Of a stretch of DNA of 64,000 bases, positions 45,818-59,960 are shown in pieces; positions within the stretch are counted from its first letter, which is position 1, and every line of letters begins with the position of its first letter. Origin of the DNA: Vicugna vicugna (taxonomy: Eukaryota). The translations under genes and the position numbers were made by a program. The stretch lies in the NCBI GenBank assembly GCA_013265495.1, contig MU058065.1, forward strand, positions 1,586,364 to 1,650,363, given 5' to 3'. Under the pieces are notes generated by a model, which was not told the origin of the DNA, did not search any database, and saw nothing but the letters and a program-made list of their open reading frames with translations.

Positions 45818-48568
45818 GTAAGAACCTTCCATGGTACTCCTTGGGTTTTTCTATATATAAAACACTCTCTCTGTTTAAATTCTGCCATTGTTTATGAATA
45901 CACGTATGTTATTCTAGTATTAAGTTATGCTTTATAAAATTTAAAAATGAGTCATGAAAGACCATTTTGTTCAACAATGTATTATTTGTATAGTCACAGA
46001 ATTGGGGTGAGATGCTCTTATTTAATTTTTGAACAAAGTTTTAAAGTCTTGATATATTATTCTTTTGTGAGCTGTCCTTTCAATAGCAGATACAAGAGGA
46101 TTTTTCAAAACTTCAATTTTGACCAGAAGTTTTTTTCTGACAATAGTCTGTATATAGCGTTCAGTTTGCCATTCATTTGGTGTGTTTTCATACAGAGATA
46201 GTAAAAGGCATGAAAATAAACAACCTCCACAGAAATGATAGATCCTTAAGAACAGCAGAAAGGAAAAGACAAACAAGTACTTTTTTTCCAGACTGTGGGG
46301 AAACAAAGTCTCTAGGGGAAGGTGACTTTGTCCTGCACCTGCTCAACTGTCACCTCCACAGACAAGCTTACCTGACCGACTGCCTGAATTAGTAATCATT
46401 TATTCCGTGTCTGTGTCCCCCCACTGGAGTAAAGACCCCCAAAGGACAGGGATTCTTCTTTGCAGAACCCCCTGCAGGCCTAGGAGAACGCCCGGCACAT
46501 AATTAGGTGGGCAGTGATTACTTATTGGGTAAGTAAACCCAGTGAGTGGCAAATTTTAAAACGTAATAATCCTAGATGGACATTGCTTACATTCAAAGGA
46601 TGACGATGAACTGGAATTTCCTGCACACTCATTCATCAAACTAAAATGATGCAAATCATCCAGAAAAGTACTTAAGACAGTTAAAAGTTAATTCTTTCTT
46701 AACACTTTCCTCAAGTGAAGCTTTGAGATCACACACATTGTATCTAACTTTTTAAATGGTCACATGTTTCAGATTTGGGCATGGCTTTCTAAGATTTCCC
46801 GAGCCCCTTGAAACATCTTTTCCAGACTTGGATACTTGGAGGTGCTGCTCTAAACTCCTGAATGCAGAATTTGGAGGGGGCGTCACGGAATGGCTCTGGG
46901 AAGGTGACATTTGAGCCCCGATCTGAAGGAACAGTAGCTACCAGCACCACAGTCTCCAGCAAAGGGTTCCCAGAGGGAACGGCGAGGGCAAAGGTGGTTC
47001 GGTGGCAGCTAGCGTGGTCACTCGAGGCTGGAACTGAGGGTTGGAAAGAGAGCAGTAAGGTAGCGGATGTTATGGACCCTGGGAAGGAACTTGGATTTTA
47101 TTCTCATTGCACAGAAGCCTATGGTAATTGTAACCTAGAGTGTGACATGCTCTGGTTTACCTCTTTAAAAGATGACCTGTTCTACTCCACGGAGAATGAG
47201 ATGGTGGCAGTGAGAATTAAAAAAAAGAAACAAAAAGAGGGAAGGGAGCCATTTCTTTAGGCGTTACATTACTGTCAAGAGCAAAGCAATGTTCCTCCAA
47301 AACAGCAACTCTTCATTCAAAACGGTGAATGTTAACTTTTACCAAAGTTCTGAACATTCCTTTAGATCCAGGTCACTCCTGGTAGATGGCCTCCTGTGAC
47401 TTCATGTTGGGAAGATCCCATCACACCCCAGGCCTTCGTGAGTAACTAGTACTTTCAGAATGTCTGGGCATTGGTCACACACTTTTTGTAGATGCAGTCG
47501 AAAAGCAAAGCATGTGTTAACATCCAGACTTCCTCTTTCTGAAAATAGTTTTGAAAAGCAGTTACAACTTGGAAGCTGTGTCCAAGCTGTTGGAAGACTG
47601 CATACAAGGGAAGAGAGCATAAAAGGAAGTGTTTAGCTGCCCTTTTGCATAAATGCCTTCCGGCTGTCTTTAGGTCTGTAGGCATCTTTGGTGGCTTTAT
47701 CCCCAAACACTGTTCATCATTTCTTATAGTCGTGATGCCATAAAGAAAAGTAAATTTAAAAATTTCACATTCGCTGTATTCTCCCTCCATGGGAACAACA
47801 GAGAAAGCACGTCCAGCAAGAACAGAGTCGGGATATCACTGCTGAACTGGGATTCTCACAAAGCAGGAGAAGAAATCTCAGGAGAAGAAATGCGAAAGTA
47901 ACCAAAACACTGCTGCGTCTTACCTCACTTTAACTAAGGGAAGTGAAAGTTGATACCAAGAAAGGGAAGAGTTAGACTGCCACTAAGTGAGAAACTGTAA
48001 TGAACTCTACATGTATATTCAAAATGAAAATCAGAAGTTCTGAAATAATCCTCACGTGTCCCCTGAACAGATGAAAACTGCTAACGCTGAAGAGCGAAAA
48101 TATTTTTTTAATGATTTTACAAATCTAAGCACTCCCCGCTCAAGACTACACCTATTTAGGTCAGTAGTGGAAACGTAATTTACTTGGGCCTTCCGAGGCT
48201 ATTAGAAGTAAATCATTTTCATACCTCCTGGATTAGAAGAATTCTCCTATGTCTGCTACCAATTAAACTGAGCATTTCTTTTTATGGATTGCTGAAGCTG
48301 TAAAATAAAAACTTGCAATTATGGAGAAGTGAAAAAAGACGTGTGTTTCTCTCCCTCATTTTTATTCCTCAAATTTGAAATTGTGTTATGATTGACTCTT
48401 AAGAATCTCACTTTTTTTTAGCGTCTCTTCATAGGAAGATACTGGAGAGAGACTTTATTTCAGGCTAGAATGTGGAATGTCAAGACTTCACACATTGGAA
48501 ATAAAAATTGGCACTGAAAATGGGGTTCCCAGAAGATAAGAATGTCATAAAAAAAATAGGTGATGCCA

Positions 48569-49980
48569 GAGAAGCCAAGAGTATACAGTGGGGAAAGACA
48601 GTCTTGTCAATAAATGGTGTTGGGAAACCTGAACAGCCACAAGCAAATGAATGAAACTAGGCTATCTTACATCATGCACAAAATTAACTCAAAATGGATT
48701 TACTATTTGAATGTAAGTACAGAAACCATAAAACTCCTAGAAGAAAACATAGGTGGTAGGCAGCTCCTTGACATTGGTTCTGGCAATGATTTTTTTGGAT
48801 TTGGCTCCAAAAGCAAAAATAAACTAATAAGACTACATCAAACTGAAAAGCTTCTGCACAGCAAAGGAAATTAACAGCAAAATGAAAAATCAACCTACTG
48901 AATGGGAGAAAATATTTGTAAATAATGTACCTGATAAGGAGTTAATATCCAAAATATATGAAGAACACATACAACTCAATAGATAAACAAACAATGATTA
49001 AAAAATGGGAAGATCTGAACAGACATTTTTCTAAAGACTTACAGATGACCAGTACATGAAAAGATGCTCTGTATCATTAATCATCAGGAAAATGTGTATC
49101 AAAGCTAAAATGAATTATCACCTCACATCTGTTAGAATGGTTGCTATCAAAACAACGGGAGATAACAAGTGTTGGTGAGGATGGAGAAAAGGGAGCCCTT
49201 TGCACTCCTGGTGGGAATGTAAACTAGCACAGCCACCATGAAAAACAATATGGAGATTCCTTAAAATATTGAAAATAGAGCCACCATATAATCCAAGAAT
49301 TCCACTTCAGTGTATTTATTCTAAGAAAACAAAGACACTAATTTGAAAATATACATGCACTCCCATGTTCATCACAGCTTTATTTACAATAGCCAAGATA
49401 CAGAAGCAAGGTAAGTGTCCACTGGTGGATGAAGGAAAGAAAATGTGGTACCCATACACAGTGAAATACTATTCAGCCATAAAAAAGAACGAAATCTTGC
49501 CATTTTCCACAACATGTATAGACCTTAAGGGCACTATGCTAAGTGAAATAAGTCAGAGAAAGACAAATATCATATGATCTCACTCACATGTGGAATTGAA
49601 AAACAAAAAACAAAACAAGAAAAAGCCAAACTCACCAATACAAAGAACAGATTGATTTTTGCCAGAGATGAGGTGTGGGGGTGGGCAAATTGAGTAAAGG
49701 GGTCAATAGATGAAAACTTCCAATTCTAAAGTAAGTAAGTCATGAGGATGGGATGCACAGCTTGGTGTCATTATAGTTAACAAGACCTTATTGAATATTT
49801 GAAAGTTGTCCAGAGACTAGCTCTCAAAAGTCTTTAGTAGCTAGGAATGGTGACGATGTTAACTAGACTTACTGCGATCCTTTCACAATATATACAAATG
49901 TAGAATCACCGCATTGTTCACCTAAATCTAGTATATTGTCATATGTCAATTATACCTCAATTAAAAAATATGAAACTAAG
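48569..49980 (+). mobile_element. 5'-truncated L1 (~1.4 kb; ORF2 C-terminus plus 3' UTR) with TSD
   Basis: ORF2 remnants HKINSKWI..ETIKLLEENIG and MFITALFTIAK..YYSAIKKNEILPF..MLSEISQ. Flanks aaaaaaaataggtgatgcca (48549-48568) / aaaaaaaatatgatgcca (49981-49998). Frameshifted and inactive. Confidence 0.93.
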
Positions 49981-50159
49981 AAAAAAAATATGATGCCACA
50001 GATTGTATTCACCGGTGGGGTAAAATACAGAGATATATAACATATTGAAAAGTTTTACCACAGCTGGTTTGACATAAAGGAGAAAATTTCGTAGAGTATA
50101 TTTCGTGACTGAAGATCAAATAAAATGGAATCAGTTTAGTGTGGCTAAACTGGAACAGA

Positions 50160-50350
50160 TATTTTCATAAAAGAACACTTCTCGAGTGCAGGCCGTGTGC
50201 CAGATGTGCTGGGTGCCATGTGTACGTGATCTCATTGAACACGCATAACCCCACAGAGCAGGAACTGTTTTCCCTGCTGTATAAAGGAAACCAGGGCCCT
50301 GAGAGAGTTAGTATCTTGCCCCCAGCCTCACTCCACTCAGGCATCCCCAC
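50160..50350 (-). mobile_element. MIR
   Basis: gtgccagatgtgctgggtg..atctcattgaac..aaaggaaaccagggccctgagagagtta. Confidence 0.6.
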
Positions 50351-52077
50351 ACGCCTTATTTGAGTGTAGAAGTGAGAAACAAGACGGCCTAGAAATGACG
50401 ACTAAGTTTGGGTTGAAGGACCAGAGGGCGAGGTCCCTGCTGAGCCCTCTACCTCTGGAGCCCAAAGGCCCTTTAGAGACCCACAGGGCTCCTGGGGGGA
50501 GAATTTCACAATCAGTAGACAGAAGTGCTTCTCTTTTAATGATCTCCAAAAGAGAGAAGGGCCATGCTTAACGGCTCTGCAGACATGAGACTGAGTAATG
50601 ATGATGGTGACTGAAAGACAAGGAGGCTGTGCCCTGTGGGTCAGTGGGAACAGGGACGGGAAAAAAGGGTCCTCAGTAGCCCCCTGCCTCAGCAGTGGAC
50701 CCAACACTCTGCCATCTTGCTCCAGAGCCTTTCCTTACACGGCTGACCTCACCTCCTATCTCTCTCCCTTCCCCGTGTACTCCAGCCCCAACAGGGGTCC
50801 CCTCCTGGAGGCCGCAAGCCTGACCCTCCCCAAGACCTTCACTTACCGTTCACTGTGCCCAGGTGATCTTTCCACCGGTCATCACATGGCCAGCTTCTTC
50901 TCACTCTCAACCAAAATGGCCGTCTGTGATCACCCTTTCTAAACCTGCTCCCCCTGCCCGAATCTCTCTTTTCTCTTCCCCTCTTTAATTTTCTTCACAA
51001 GCATTTTCACCCAGGGAAAGTATCTTGTTTATTTATGCTTAATTATCAGCCCTCCCCTCCCTCAGAAGGCGAGCTTCCTCAGCTCTGGGATTTATCTTCT
51101 GATACGTGGTTGGCATTTTTGCAGAGCTTCTATGGGACAGGTCCTCTCTGGGCCCTGGATCATTTAGTGACAAGGAGGAAGAATGGCCTCCAAGAGTTAA
51201 GACAGCTCTCAACTCACATTGACTTTGATCAAGTAGCCTTAGACTTAAGAAAATCCAGCAGTGCAAGAACATACGCGTGCACCCATCCCCCACTCCCAGA
51301 TAAGACCTGAGTTGGCGCTCACTGGTCTGCACCTTCTTTTGAATGAGCAGCTTCAATATGGCTAGGGACTAAGGCAGTTAGTTAACTTTTGCTAGTGACC
51401 TCATTGATCTTATCTATCACACCTTATAATTTATTTTTGACTTACAATACTTAAGTGAACTGAAAAGGGAATTTTAAAGAAAACTTTGTTTTAGGGAAGA
51501 GTTTAGAGACCTCACAAGTTGTAATGCAGAGTACCTACCCACATATTAAATGTAACATTCAGGAAATTCTTTAGAACTGTTTCACTATTTGTACAACACT
51601 CCCTTCTCTCTTCTAAATCATCTGTCCCTCAAAAATAACAGGGAAGAATAGTTCAGAAACTCATACTCCACATTTTCTTTGAGAAAAGTTATATATGTTT
51701 TTCCACAATTTTAAAATTTTCCTTCACATTAAAGAAAGTCAGACATCATTTTTTATTACTCTTTGAATAACCCCTTCAACACTTTTTAAAAAATGTCCTC
51801 TATATTTCATTGTGCAAATTTTAAACATACAAAAAGTGCTTAAAAACTTATACAATACACACCCATATTCTCCCCATCCAGAATGTATCTTTTACATTTT
51901 ACCGTATGTATTTTGTCACATGATCCATTGACCCACCCATTCCTCTAGCCAACCATCAGTCCATCAGATATTTTGATCATTCCAAAGTGAGTTGAAAAAC
52001 AGCAACACACTGTCCACTGCCTTTCTAAACACTGTAGGATGCACACCATCAACTAGAAGTGTACATGTTCATAGTTC

Positions 52078-52500
52078 ACTTTTTTTTTTTGAGGGACACT
52101 TTAGGAGGAAATTCACGAGTTGTAAGTGAACCATTGGATAACTTTGTGTGTACACCTGGACCACTGAAACCCCGACTGAGATGAGGAACATTGTCATCAC
52201 CCTCAAAGAGTTCACTGCTGCCCCTTCCAGGGCAATCCTCGCCCCTCCTTACCTCTCCCCCGGAGACAATCACTGTTCTGATTTTCTTCACCACAGATTA
52301 GTCTTACTTGTTCTAGAACTTCGTAACATTGGAATCATGCCATATGTATTCCCGTGTTTCCAACTGCTCTGACTGAACATGATGTTTTTGCGTGTTTTGC
52401 GTATCCACATCGTTGCGTGTTTCAGGAGCTCCCGTTCCCTTCTGAGTAGCGTTCCTGGGTGTGGATCTACTGTAGTTGGTTTAGCCATGCTCCTCTCAAT
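52078..52500 (-). mobile_element. Old L1 (L1ME/MC-type) 3' end
   Basis: Poly-T start; gaacattgtcatcaccctcaaagagttc; cactgttctgatttt..ttgttctagaacttc..tggaatcat. Confidence 0.8.
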
Positions 52501-54734
52501 AACAGCATTTTGAGCTGAGTTGTGCGTAAGTCACTTTCAATCCAGGGCCTTTTGTGAAGCTTTGCCTGCCATTTATAGGGTATCTCATTGTTATTTCCCA
52601 TCCTCTACTGGGAGATACATGGAAAAACCCTCACAAGTATTTAGCCTTGTACACAGAGATTCCTGAAAACCTTATTTTGTTTCCTTAATTCTTTGCTCTT
52701 ATTTCATTGCTAGTTTAAAAGGCTGTTCCTTCTCCCCTCTGTAAGTTTTTAAGTATCTTCACAGAAATGAAAGTTAGATTGCGGAACGTGGCCACTGTTG
52801 CAAGCCACGATTCTCAGAACCAGTGCCCATAAAATTATTCTTTCGTAAGCAAGAGAAGAAAGGACAAGACGTGCTGGCAAAAGAGGACAGAATAAAAAAT
52901 TCAGAAATGAATAGAAGTGTCTCAAGGTCAAAGGGAGACTGACAGGAAGTGACCAGCATATAGTGCAGGGCTGTCCCTGAGCCAGCTGGTTGACCTTCCA
53001 GGTTCTAGCTGGTCTTTGCTGCCTCGTCCTCAGTTTTCCCTACTAATCCCTTTGCCTTCCCCTTGGGATGTTTCCTTAATAGTGCCTTTACGGACCCACC
53101 ATCATTTTAAGACTCTTGGAACTCTCATATGTTTGTTGCAGACAAAAATACATCAAATAATTGTTCTGAAATCAGCCCTTTGAACCTGCCTGTGAATCTC
53201 AGTCAACGTATCACCTCTCAGGGGAGCAGGGGTAGAGGGAAAGGCTGGGTTCAAGGGCTTTATTTTGCCAATCAAGTGAAGAGGTGAAAGGGACTGCTTC
53301 TGATTCAAGGAGCGTCAAGATGTTGTTAAGGAGAAAAGGAGTATTTTTGATGGGATATAAAGCATTTCCCAGTGGTCCCCAAATAACAGTGTGGTCTGCT
53401 ACTTCGCATGAGGTTGACCTTAACGAAAAGGCAGGACAAGTTAACATCAGTGACAGCTTACACAGGTAAACTTGAGTGTCTCTAAGATTCTGCAAGAAGG
53501 AGAAAAAACTACAGGTACAGAGAGAAAAATGGCTGCAATCTTACTTAACATGCTTCTTAAAGATGGTTTGGATTAACCTATCCTAAATGCAGGAAGTAGC
53601 ATTTCAGGCATAAGGATTCAGAGCTCCTTTTCCACTGTGAGTTTATGTGGGTAACTGTTAACGGACTTCATTTTCTTCTCAGCAAAATAGCAAGATTAGG
53701 CTAGACATCGAGCCCCAGAATTTGTGTCCATATGACTGATTATATGCATATATAAATTAATAAAAAGCAGTGTGCTACTTCCTTAGTCTGCTTAGTGTAG
53801 ACTTCAGTACAAAGTCTCTGCTATTTTGGTGTGTATTTTTGAACTTCTTTGAACTTGCACATAAGTGATGCATGAGGAAGGCTGTATGATGTATTAATTA
53901 TGTTTTTGAATGCTGGACTAGCACATACCCACGTAAGTAAATTCATATACATCAATTAGCAAATGTTTATCGAGCACTTAACCATGTGTCAGAGCCTGTG
54001 GTGGTGATAACATTGAAATACACATTTCCTGTCACTCTTCTTTCAAGCCTCTGGCTTTTAAATAAGACTGTTGTCATTCACCACTACTTACCTGTGGGTC
54101 TTGGGATGTCCTATCGAGACTGTGCAACCAAAACAAAATAGAGAAAGAAATTGGAATAAAGACTGAAATGAGACTCGAGACACCAGTTATGGGAATAGTC
54201 AATATCAAACACTGTGCACTCCAGAATACCTTTATTTTCAGTAGTTATGAATTTTGGTAGCAAGTAACACTTTCATTTATTTATTTATAAGATTTTTTAA
54301 AAAATCATTTTAACATGTTGGAGGGGCCTCTTAGGATTTTGATCACCAAAAATGTGCTTTACTGCTAAAAAGAGCATCGCTGGGATGCCTCCCAAAACCA
54401 AAGTTTTAAGTTACACCTTTTCATATTATTGCCCTTCTGTGATATCCTTGTTCATCTTGCCTATCAATAATTCAGTCAGCAAATGCATATTGAGCATGTC
54501 CACAACAGGAAAGAAAAAAGTTGGATGAGCTGTAGACGGGACTTCATTAGAGTCCCTGGCTTTTAAGAAATGTATAATCTGATGCAGGGAGAAGACAGGT
54601 GCACAGATAACAGAATAGGGCAAGCATCCTAAGATGCATATGCACACTCAGCATCAGCAGGGAGAGAGTCCTAACTCTGTACATCCAGGGTACCTTCGTG
54701 GAAATGACTGTGGGGGCACAAACTCTTATCAGGT

Positions 54735-55120
54735 TACGATGGAATATTGGTCAACCTTAAAAAGAAATGAAATCCTGATCCTTTCCAAAGCATGAATGAA
54801 CCTTGAAGACATTATGTTAAGTGAAATAAGCCAGACATGAACAGACAAATATTGCATGACTCCACTCATATGAAGTCCCGGGAATAATCCAGTACATAGA
54901 GATAGAAAGTAGCCCAAGGATTACCCGGAACTGGGGAAAGGGGGAATGGGGAATTACTGTTGAATGTGTACAGAGTCAGTTTTGTGAATAAAAATGGTTT
55001 GGAGATGGACAGACGTGCTGGTTGTACAGCGTGAATGTACTTACTGCTACTGAACTGTATGCTTAAAAATAGTAAAAATGGTAATTCTTACGTAGATCTT
55101 ACCACAACAGAAAACAAAAA
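54735..55120 (+). mobile_element. L1MB-type 3' end
   Basis: atggaatatt..ccttaaaaagaaatgaaatcctga..gaaccttgaagacattatgttaagtgaaataagccag..gtgaatgtactta..ctgaactgta. Confidence 0.88.
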
Positions 55121-56254
55121 TGTTGATCAGGTATGGAGTCTGTGGTTCTGATCTCAAGCTTTCCACAGTTTGATAGTGAGGACAGTGTTCCTTTTTGTGC
55201 TCTAACTTTCCCTGCTGTGACCAGAGAATGGGCATGTCATGTCTTTCAGAGGGAGGGTAAGGAATATTTTGAATCCACTTGAATCCATTTGAATCCACTG
55301 TATCCCTCTGTGGATGCGCGGTCGGGAGATGTTTTTGCATACTTAAGTATAAAGAGCCCTCGGTCATTCATCTTCCTATCTGGAATACCATCAACATGGG
55401 AAACTGTTTGTAATGAGAATATTGAATCTGCTCCTGGGCTTTTTTCCTCCATAGTCAGATTCTGAGATTGCTTCCACATAATTGAAATCGTTTGGAAGAA
55501 AACAAATACCCCATGCAAATTCTCCATGTAGGGTTTTCTAGCTGGGTATCAGGGAATGCCTGAATGTGAGATGATCTTGTCTGGTTTCCATTCAACCATG
55601 AGTTATTAGATAGAATCTAGCCAGAGAAATTTTATTTTTGTCTTATTTTTACCATTTATAGAGCCAAGTGTACACTCTTGTTCCTCTGGGTTTTTCAGTG
55701 ATGCTCTGACATAAAAGCATTTCTGTGCTATGATGGAAATGCCCAAAGTAAGCACAGTTTGCCCCTAAGTCATGTTGGTGCAGACTTTGGGGAGAGGTCA
55801 CGGTTAGGGGAGCAGCGCAGCCTAGTGGCCAGAGTGCAGGTTGGTTCTCAGGAATGTGGTTCTTCAAATGACTGTACTCTTGGGCATGTAACATAAAAGC
55901 AAAAAAAAAAAAAAAAAAAAAAGGTGAAAATATCACTACTTTACATTCTACTTCAAAATGTGGAGGAAGGAAAATATATATCATCAAACCTTTAAAATTG
56001 TCCCACTTGCCTTCATCTAATTAAAAAGGATGTGTGTTAATATTAATTCTGTGGTTTAAGATGGAGATTTATTATTGGAGATAAGATATAATAGTATGGA
56101 GGAAAGTTAATACTTCCAAAAGAAATGGGACCCTCACGAGATTACATTATTTCATAAAAACCTGTAAGGAAGCCAACACAATAGCTGTTACCCAAGGAAC
56201 AGCTGAAAGCAGTGTCTCAAATGACAAATCAGAATTTTTTTTTTTTAATATCAG

Positions 56255-56327
56255 AGCAGAATACAAACCAGAGAAACTTCCTTCACATTCCTTTGAAGTT
56301 GACCATGAAGATGCTGATAAGGATGAA
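56255..56327 (+). CDS. DOCK10: DOCK10 exon 5: (R)[24 protein letters not shown]
   Basis: T-run plus atcAG acceptor, GAA|GTAAGT donor, 73 nt, phase 2/0. Completes the split Arg codon from exon 4. Confidence 0.96.
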
Positions 56328-56603
56328 GTAAGTACATGGTTGAAAGTGGAATGTTTAAAACATGAGGATAATTAGTTCCCATCTTTCACTAGAGTGTTTC
56401 AAATTCTGCCCAGTTTTTCGTAAAGCTGCAGTAGCTGTGGGTGTGAGGGCTTTTAGGCAAAATGAATCACGTTTGCTTTGACATTGAACATGATTGCTTA
56501 AGATGAGTCAAAGAGAGGAAAAGGAGTCTCGGTTTTAAGTGCAGTGTCTAAGATCTGGAATTCACAGACGAGTGCTGTGATGCTAATGATGCCTTTTGTA
56601 CAG

Positions 56604-56726
56604 GATACCACTTCCCACTCGTCTTCCAAGGGCGGTGGGGGAGCGGGAGGAACCGGCGTTTTCAAGTCTGGCTGGCTCTACAAGGGCAATTTTAACAGCA
56701 CCGTGAATAATACCGTCACTGTTCGG
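56604..56726 (+). CDS. DOCK10: DOCK10 exon 6, start of PH domain: [41 protein letters not shown]
   Basis: Branch-point-like TGCTAAT at 56581, gtacAG acceptor, CGG|GTAAGG donor, 123 nt. KSGWLYK is a PH-domain beta-1 motif; the peptide is visible inside ORF 56544..56789. Confidence 0.97.
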
Positions 56727-56982
56727 GTAAGGAGCCATCAAGATTCATCTGTGTTTCTGCCACCTTTCTTGACACGCCCCCTTTCTTGACATGCCCCCTT
56801 CGGTCACAGAACAGAAGAGAGCCATTTACATTGCATTTGTGTTTGGTGTCATATTTTATTTATGAGAAAGGGAGATACTCTTCTCTAGAGCAGTGCCCTA
56901 GAAACGGAGCACTCTTGACAGAATGAGAAAAACTAATTTCTGTGAACGTGCATACCTCCTTATGTTTTTTCCCTTTGTTTAG

Positions 56983-57165
<183 letters not shown>

Positions 57166-57177
57166 TGAAAAATGTGT

Positions 57178-57420
57178 TCATCCAATCATCATTCATTCAT
57201 TCCAAAAATATTTATAGCGTATCTGATATGAACCAAGAACTGTTCCAAACTCTAAGTATTCAGTGGAGAACAAGGCAGCCTAGATACCTGTTTTCACAAA
57301 ACAATAAATAAAGTAAAGCAGAAAATAAGCAAAGAAAGAAGTAGAATGGAATAGCCGGTGAAATCCAGAATAAGGAAAATAAGCAGGGTTACGGAAGGGA
57401 GAGAGATGAATGGGGAAGTT
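57178..57420 (-). mobile_element. L2 3' end just downstream of exon 7
   Basis: cattcattcattccaaaaatatttat..atgaaccaagaactgttc..cagtggagaacaag. Confidence 0.7.
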
Positions 57421-58429
57421 GGAAAGGAATATTTATGCTCCAGAAGTGAGAAAAACACTTTTCCTTAGTATTAAATTGACGCGGAGCACCGTGGCAAAGG
57501 GAAGCAGACTCATTCCACAGGCCTCATTTGAGCATCTCATTTTCAAAAAACGTATTCTTTCTACTCTGATGAAATAGCTCTCTTCATTCCCTCTTCTGTA
57601 AATCTCAAGTGTTTTAGCAGTCTCATCTCAAATTTCACATTAAGATGTTGGCTCATTGAGATTGAGGACTCTGTTTTTGGTCACAGGCCACTAAGAACAA
57701 TTTTTTATCTTAACACCAAGCCGCAGGTATTCATACAGCTTGCTACATGGCTGAGATTACATCTCAGATTAATACCAGGGGCCCTCAGATACGTGAATGC
57801 AAAACAGGGTCCTACCTCCAATCTCTTAAACCTAGTCTGTATCTGGATGGTATACCTGTTAAAATCTGGAATTTCTCCAGGAAGTAATCAAGCTGAACTT
57901 TAAAAGGAAAGAATTAATTAAGTGTTGCTGACCACTCCACTAGAAGGGAAAGGTAATTGCTTTTTAACACAGATGCCAACTTGCCGTACGAAGGGGGCAA
58001 TCAGGGTCTTAATGGAGGGTGGAGATGGTTTTCTGTCGTTGGTCACAAAGGAGACTCTTTGGCTTTAGAAATATGAAGTAATACTTCAGCAAGAAGTTAA
58101 AGATCAGTAACTTCATTTTATAGACATTGAGCTGAAAAACTTAAACATTTTCTTTTCCATCTGTACTTCCAAACTTGCCCTAGCAGATGAGTCATCATCT
58201 TTTAAGACGTATCATTGTAACCCTCTTTACGTATTAAGTTTGCAGAGGTATGGAGGATGGCATAATTTCTTCTTCCAAGAACCCTGTAACTCTGTTGAAC
58301 ACACATCTTAGTGCTCCAATCTGACCTTCCACTCCAGGAACCTCTTCTCCATCCTCTCTTAGACTGTGTTTTAGTCTCTGCTTAAACAATCCCTTAGAAA
58401 GAAGATGTCATCTAAGGGGAAACATAAGT

Positions 58430-58580
58430 TTGGGGTGTGAAGAGGTCGGTGTTTGAATCCTAGTTTTACTGTGTACTGTCTGAGAGCTTTGAGTAAGTTA
58501 CTCGAGCTCTTTGATTTAAGGTTCCTCATCTGTAAAACTAAAATAAATGTGCCAGCATGTGAAAAGGATCTGGGAGATAG
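58430..58580 (+). mobile_element. MIR
   Basis: gtttgaatcctag..tgagagctttgagtaagttact..ttcctcatctgtaaaa. Confidence 0.7.
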
Positions 58581-59916
58581 CGTGTCTTCAGCCATCCTTC
58601 CCTCGTCTTTCCATTAATTATAAAGGCCATAACGTGGAGAGATGAGCAACCCATTGTGGGAAAGCCCTCCTAGAAAACATTGATTCACCTTCCTAAAATT
58701 TCTACTTAAACTTGCTAATTTATCCATTTTTTCTTTCTTCATTCATTCATCCAACAAACTTATTTAGCGCTTACGATGTATTGGGGAACTGTGCTCAAGC
58801 ACTGGGAGTTTCCTGTAAGGCATAACCAAAGAGGGATGTAGGCTCATATGTACCTATTACACAATGTCTCAAGAACTATAATGGAGGTAAAAAATGGCAC
58901 TTTCTATGGAATATTCTGAGAACAGTGATAAACTCTTCTGGGTTGGCTGGAAAGATGCATAGAAAATATGGGCGTGTAGGTAAGAATCCCCAAAGTAGGT
59001 TTTGCACATTGGAATACAATTGCATAATCCAACTTCATTTTCCAATAGATAGCCATTCAAATATTTAGGAATATGTATTACATCTTTTAAAGGGTTTAGT
59101 TTGTAGCCCTTTATGTTTATTCCTCTTTATCAAGAGCTTGTTGCCCTTTATAGAGGGAGGAACCTTTAGCTTCTTGAGATGGCTTTGGGAAGATAGACGT
59201 CTGGGTCCCTTGTCACCTTGTGTCTGGATCCCAGTTCTTATATATTTGCTTACAACTCTTTCTGACCTGTAAGTTTTTGCATCCGGAAAGAAGATTCTGA
59301 ATGAGACGGTGCAAGTTTAGTCATTGTTCTAGCAAGCTCTCAAGCACAAAATGTGCCTGGAGACAAAACACATACACACACAAAAGCACAAAGCAAATGA
59401 ATAATAGGATGAGTCAGACCTACTTTGTCAAGAATCATTGTCAGTTTCCCTTGAATAAAACAGAAAAGAAGAATAGACTTTTCTTCAGAAAGTGCTACCT
59501 ACCATCTGGCATTCTTAGGGCGTTTAAGCTAAGTAACAGTCTTTAGTGAACAAGCCGTTTTAGTTTACTTTCTTCAGACCTAATCTACATCACTGTGTTT
59601 TCTTAAGAATAATCCTTGGAATCTTAGAAATATATTTCAAAGATGACTTCAAGTAGAAAAAATTTCTCAGAGACTTCAGATGATGTTTACAGTTGGAAAC
59701 TTCTTGGACCTTGGTAAAATAAAGACCTAATGGTAGTTTTCCATCTTTTTTGTAATGTCGTCAAACAGTATTAGATCTGTTTTATACCCCTCATTCCCAA
59801 TCTGAAGCAGAACTTCTGAGTTTTGCTGCTTCAGTTTTGATCTGAGACTAAGGGTTATTTAGGCCTTTGCTATTCTATCTTGTTCCTTCAGAGTGTTTGC
59901 GTTCATTCATTGGTCC

Positions 59917-59960
59917 AACCATCCATCCACCCTTCCATCCATCCATCCATCTATCCATCT
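59917..59960. repeat. (CCAT)n microsatellite
   Basis: Read directly. Confidence 0.9.

Noticed and set aside
48614..49577. Active L1 or reverse transcriptase gene
   Set aside because: 5'-truncated, contains only frameshifted ORF2 C-terminal remnants; no endonuclease or RT domain.
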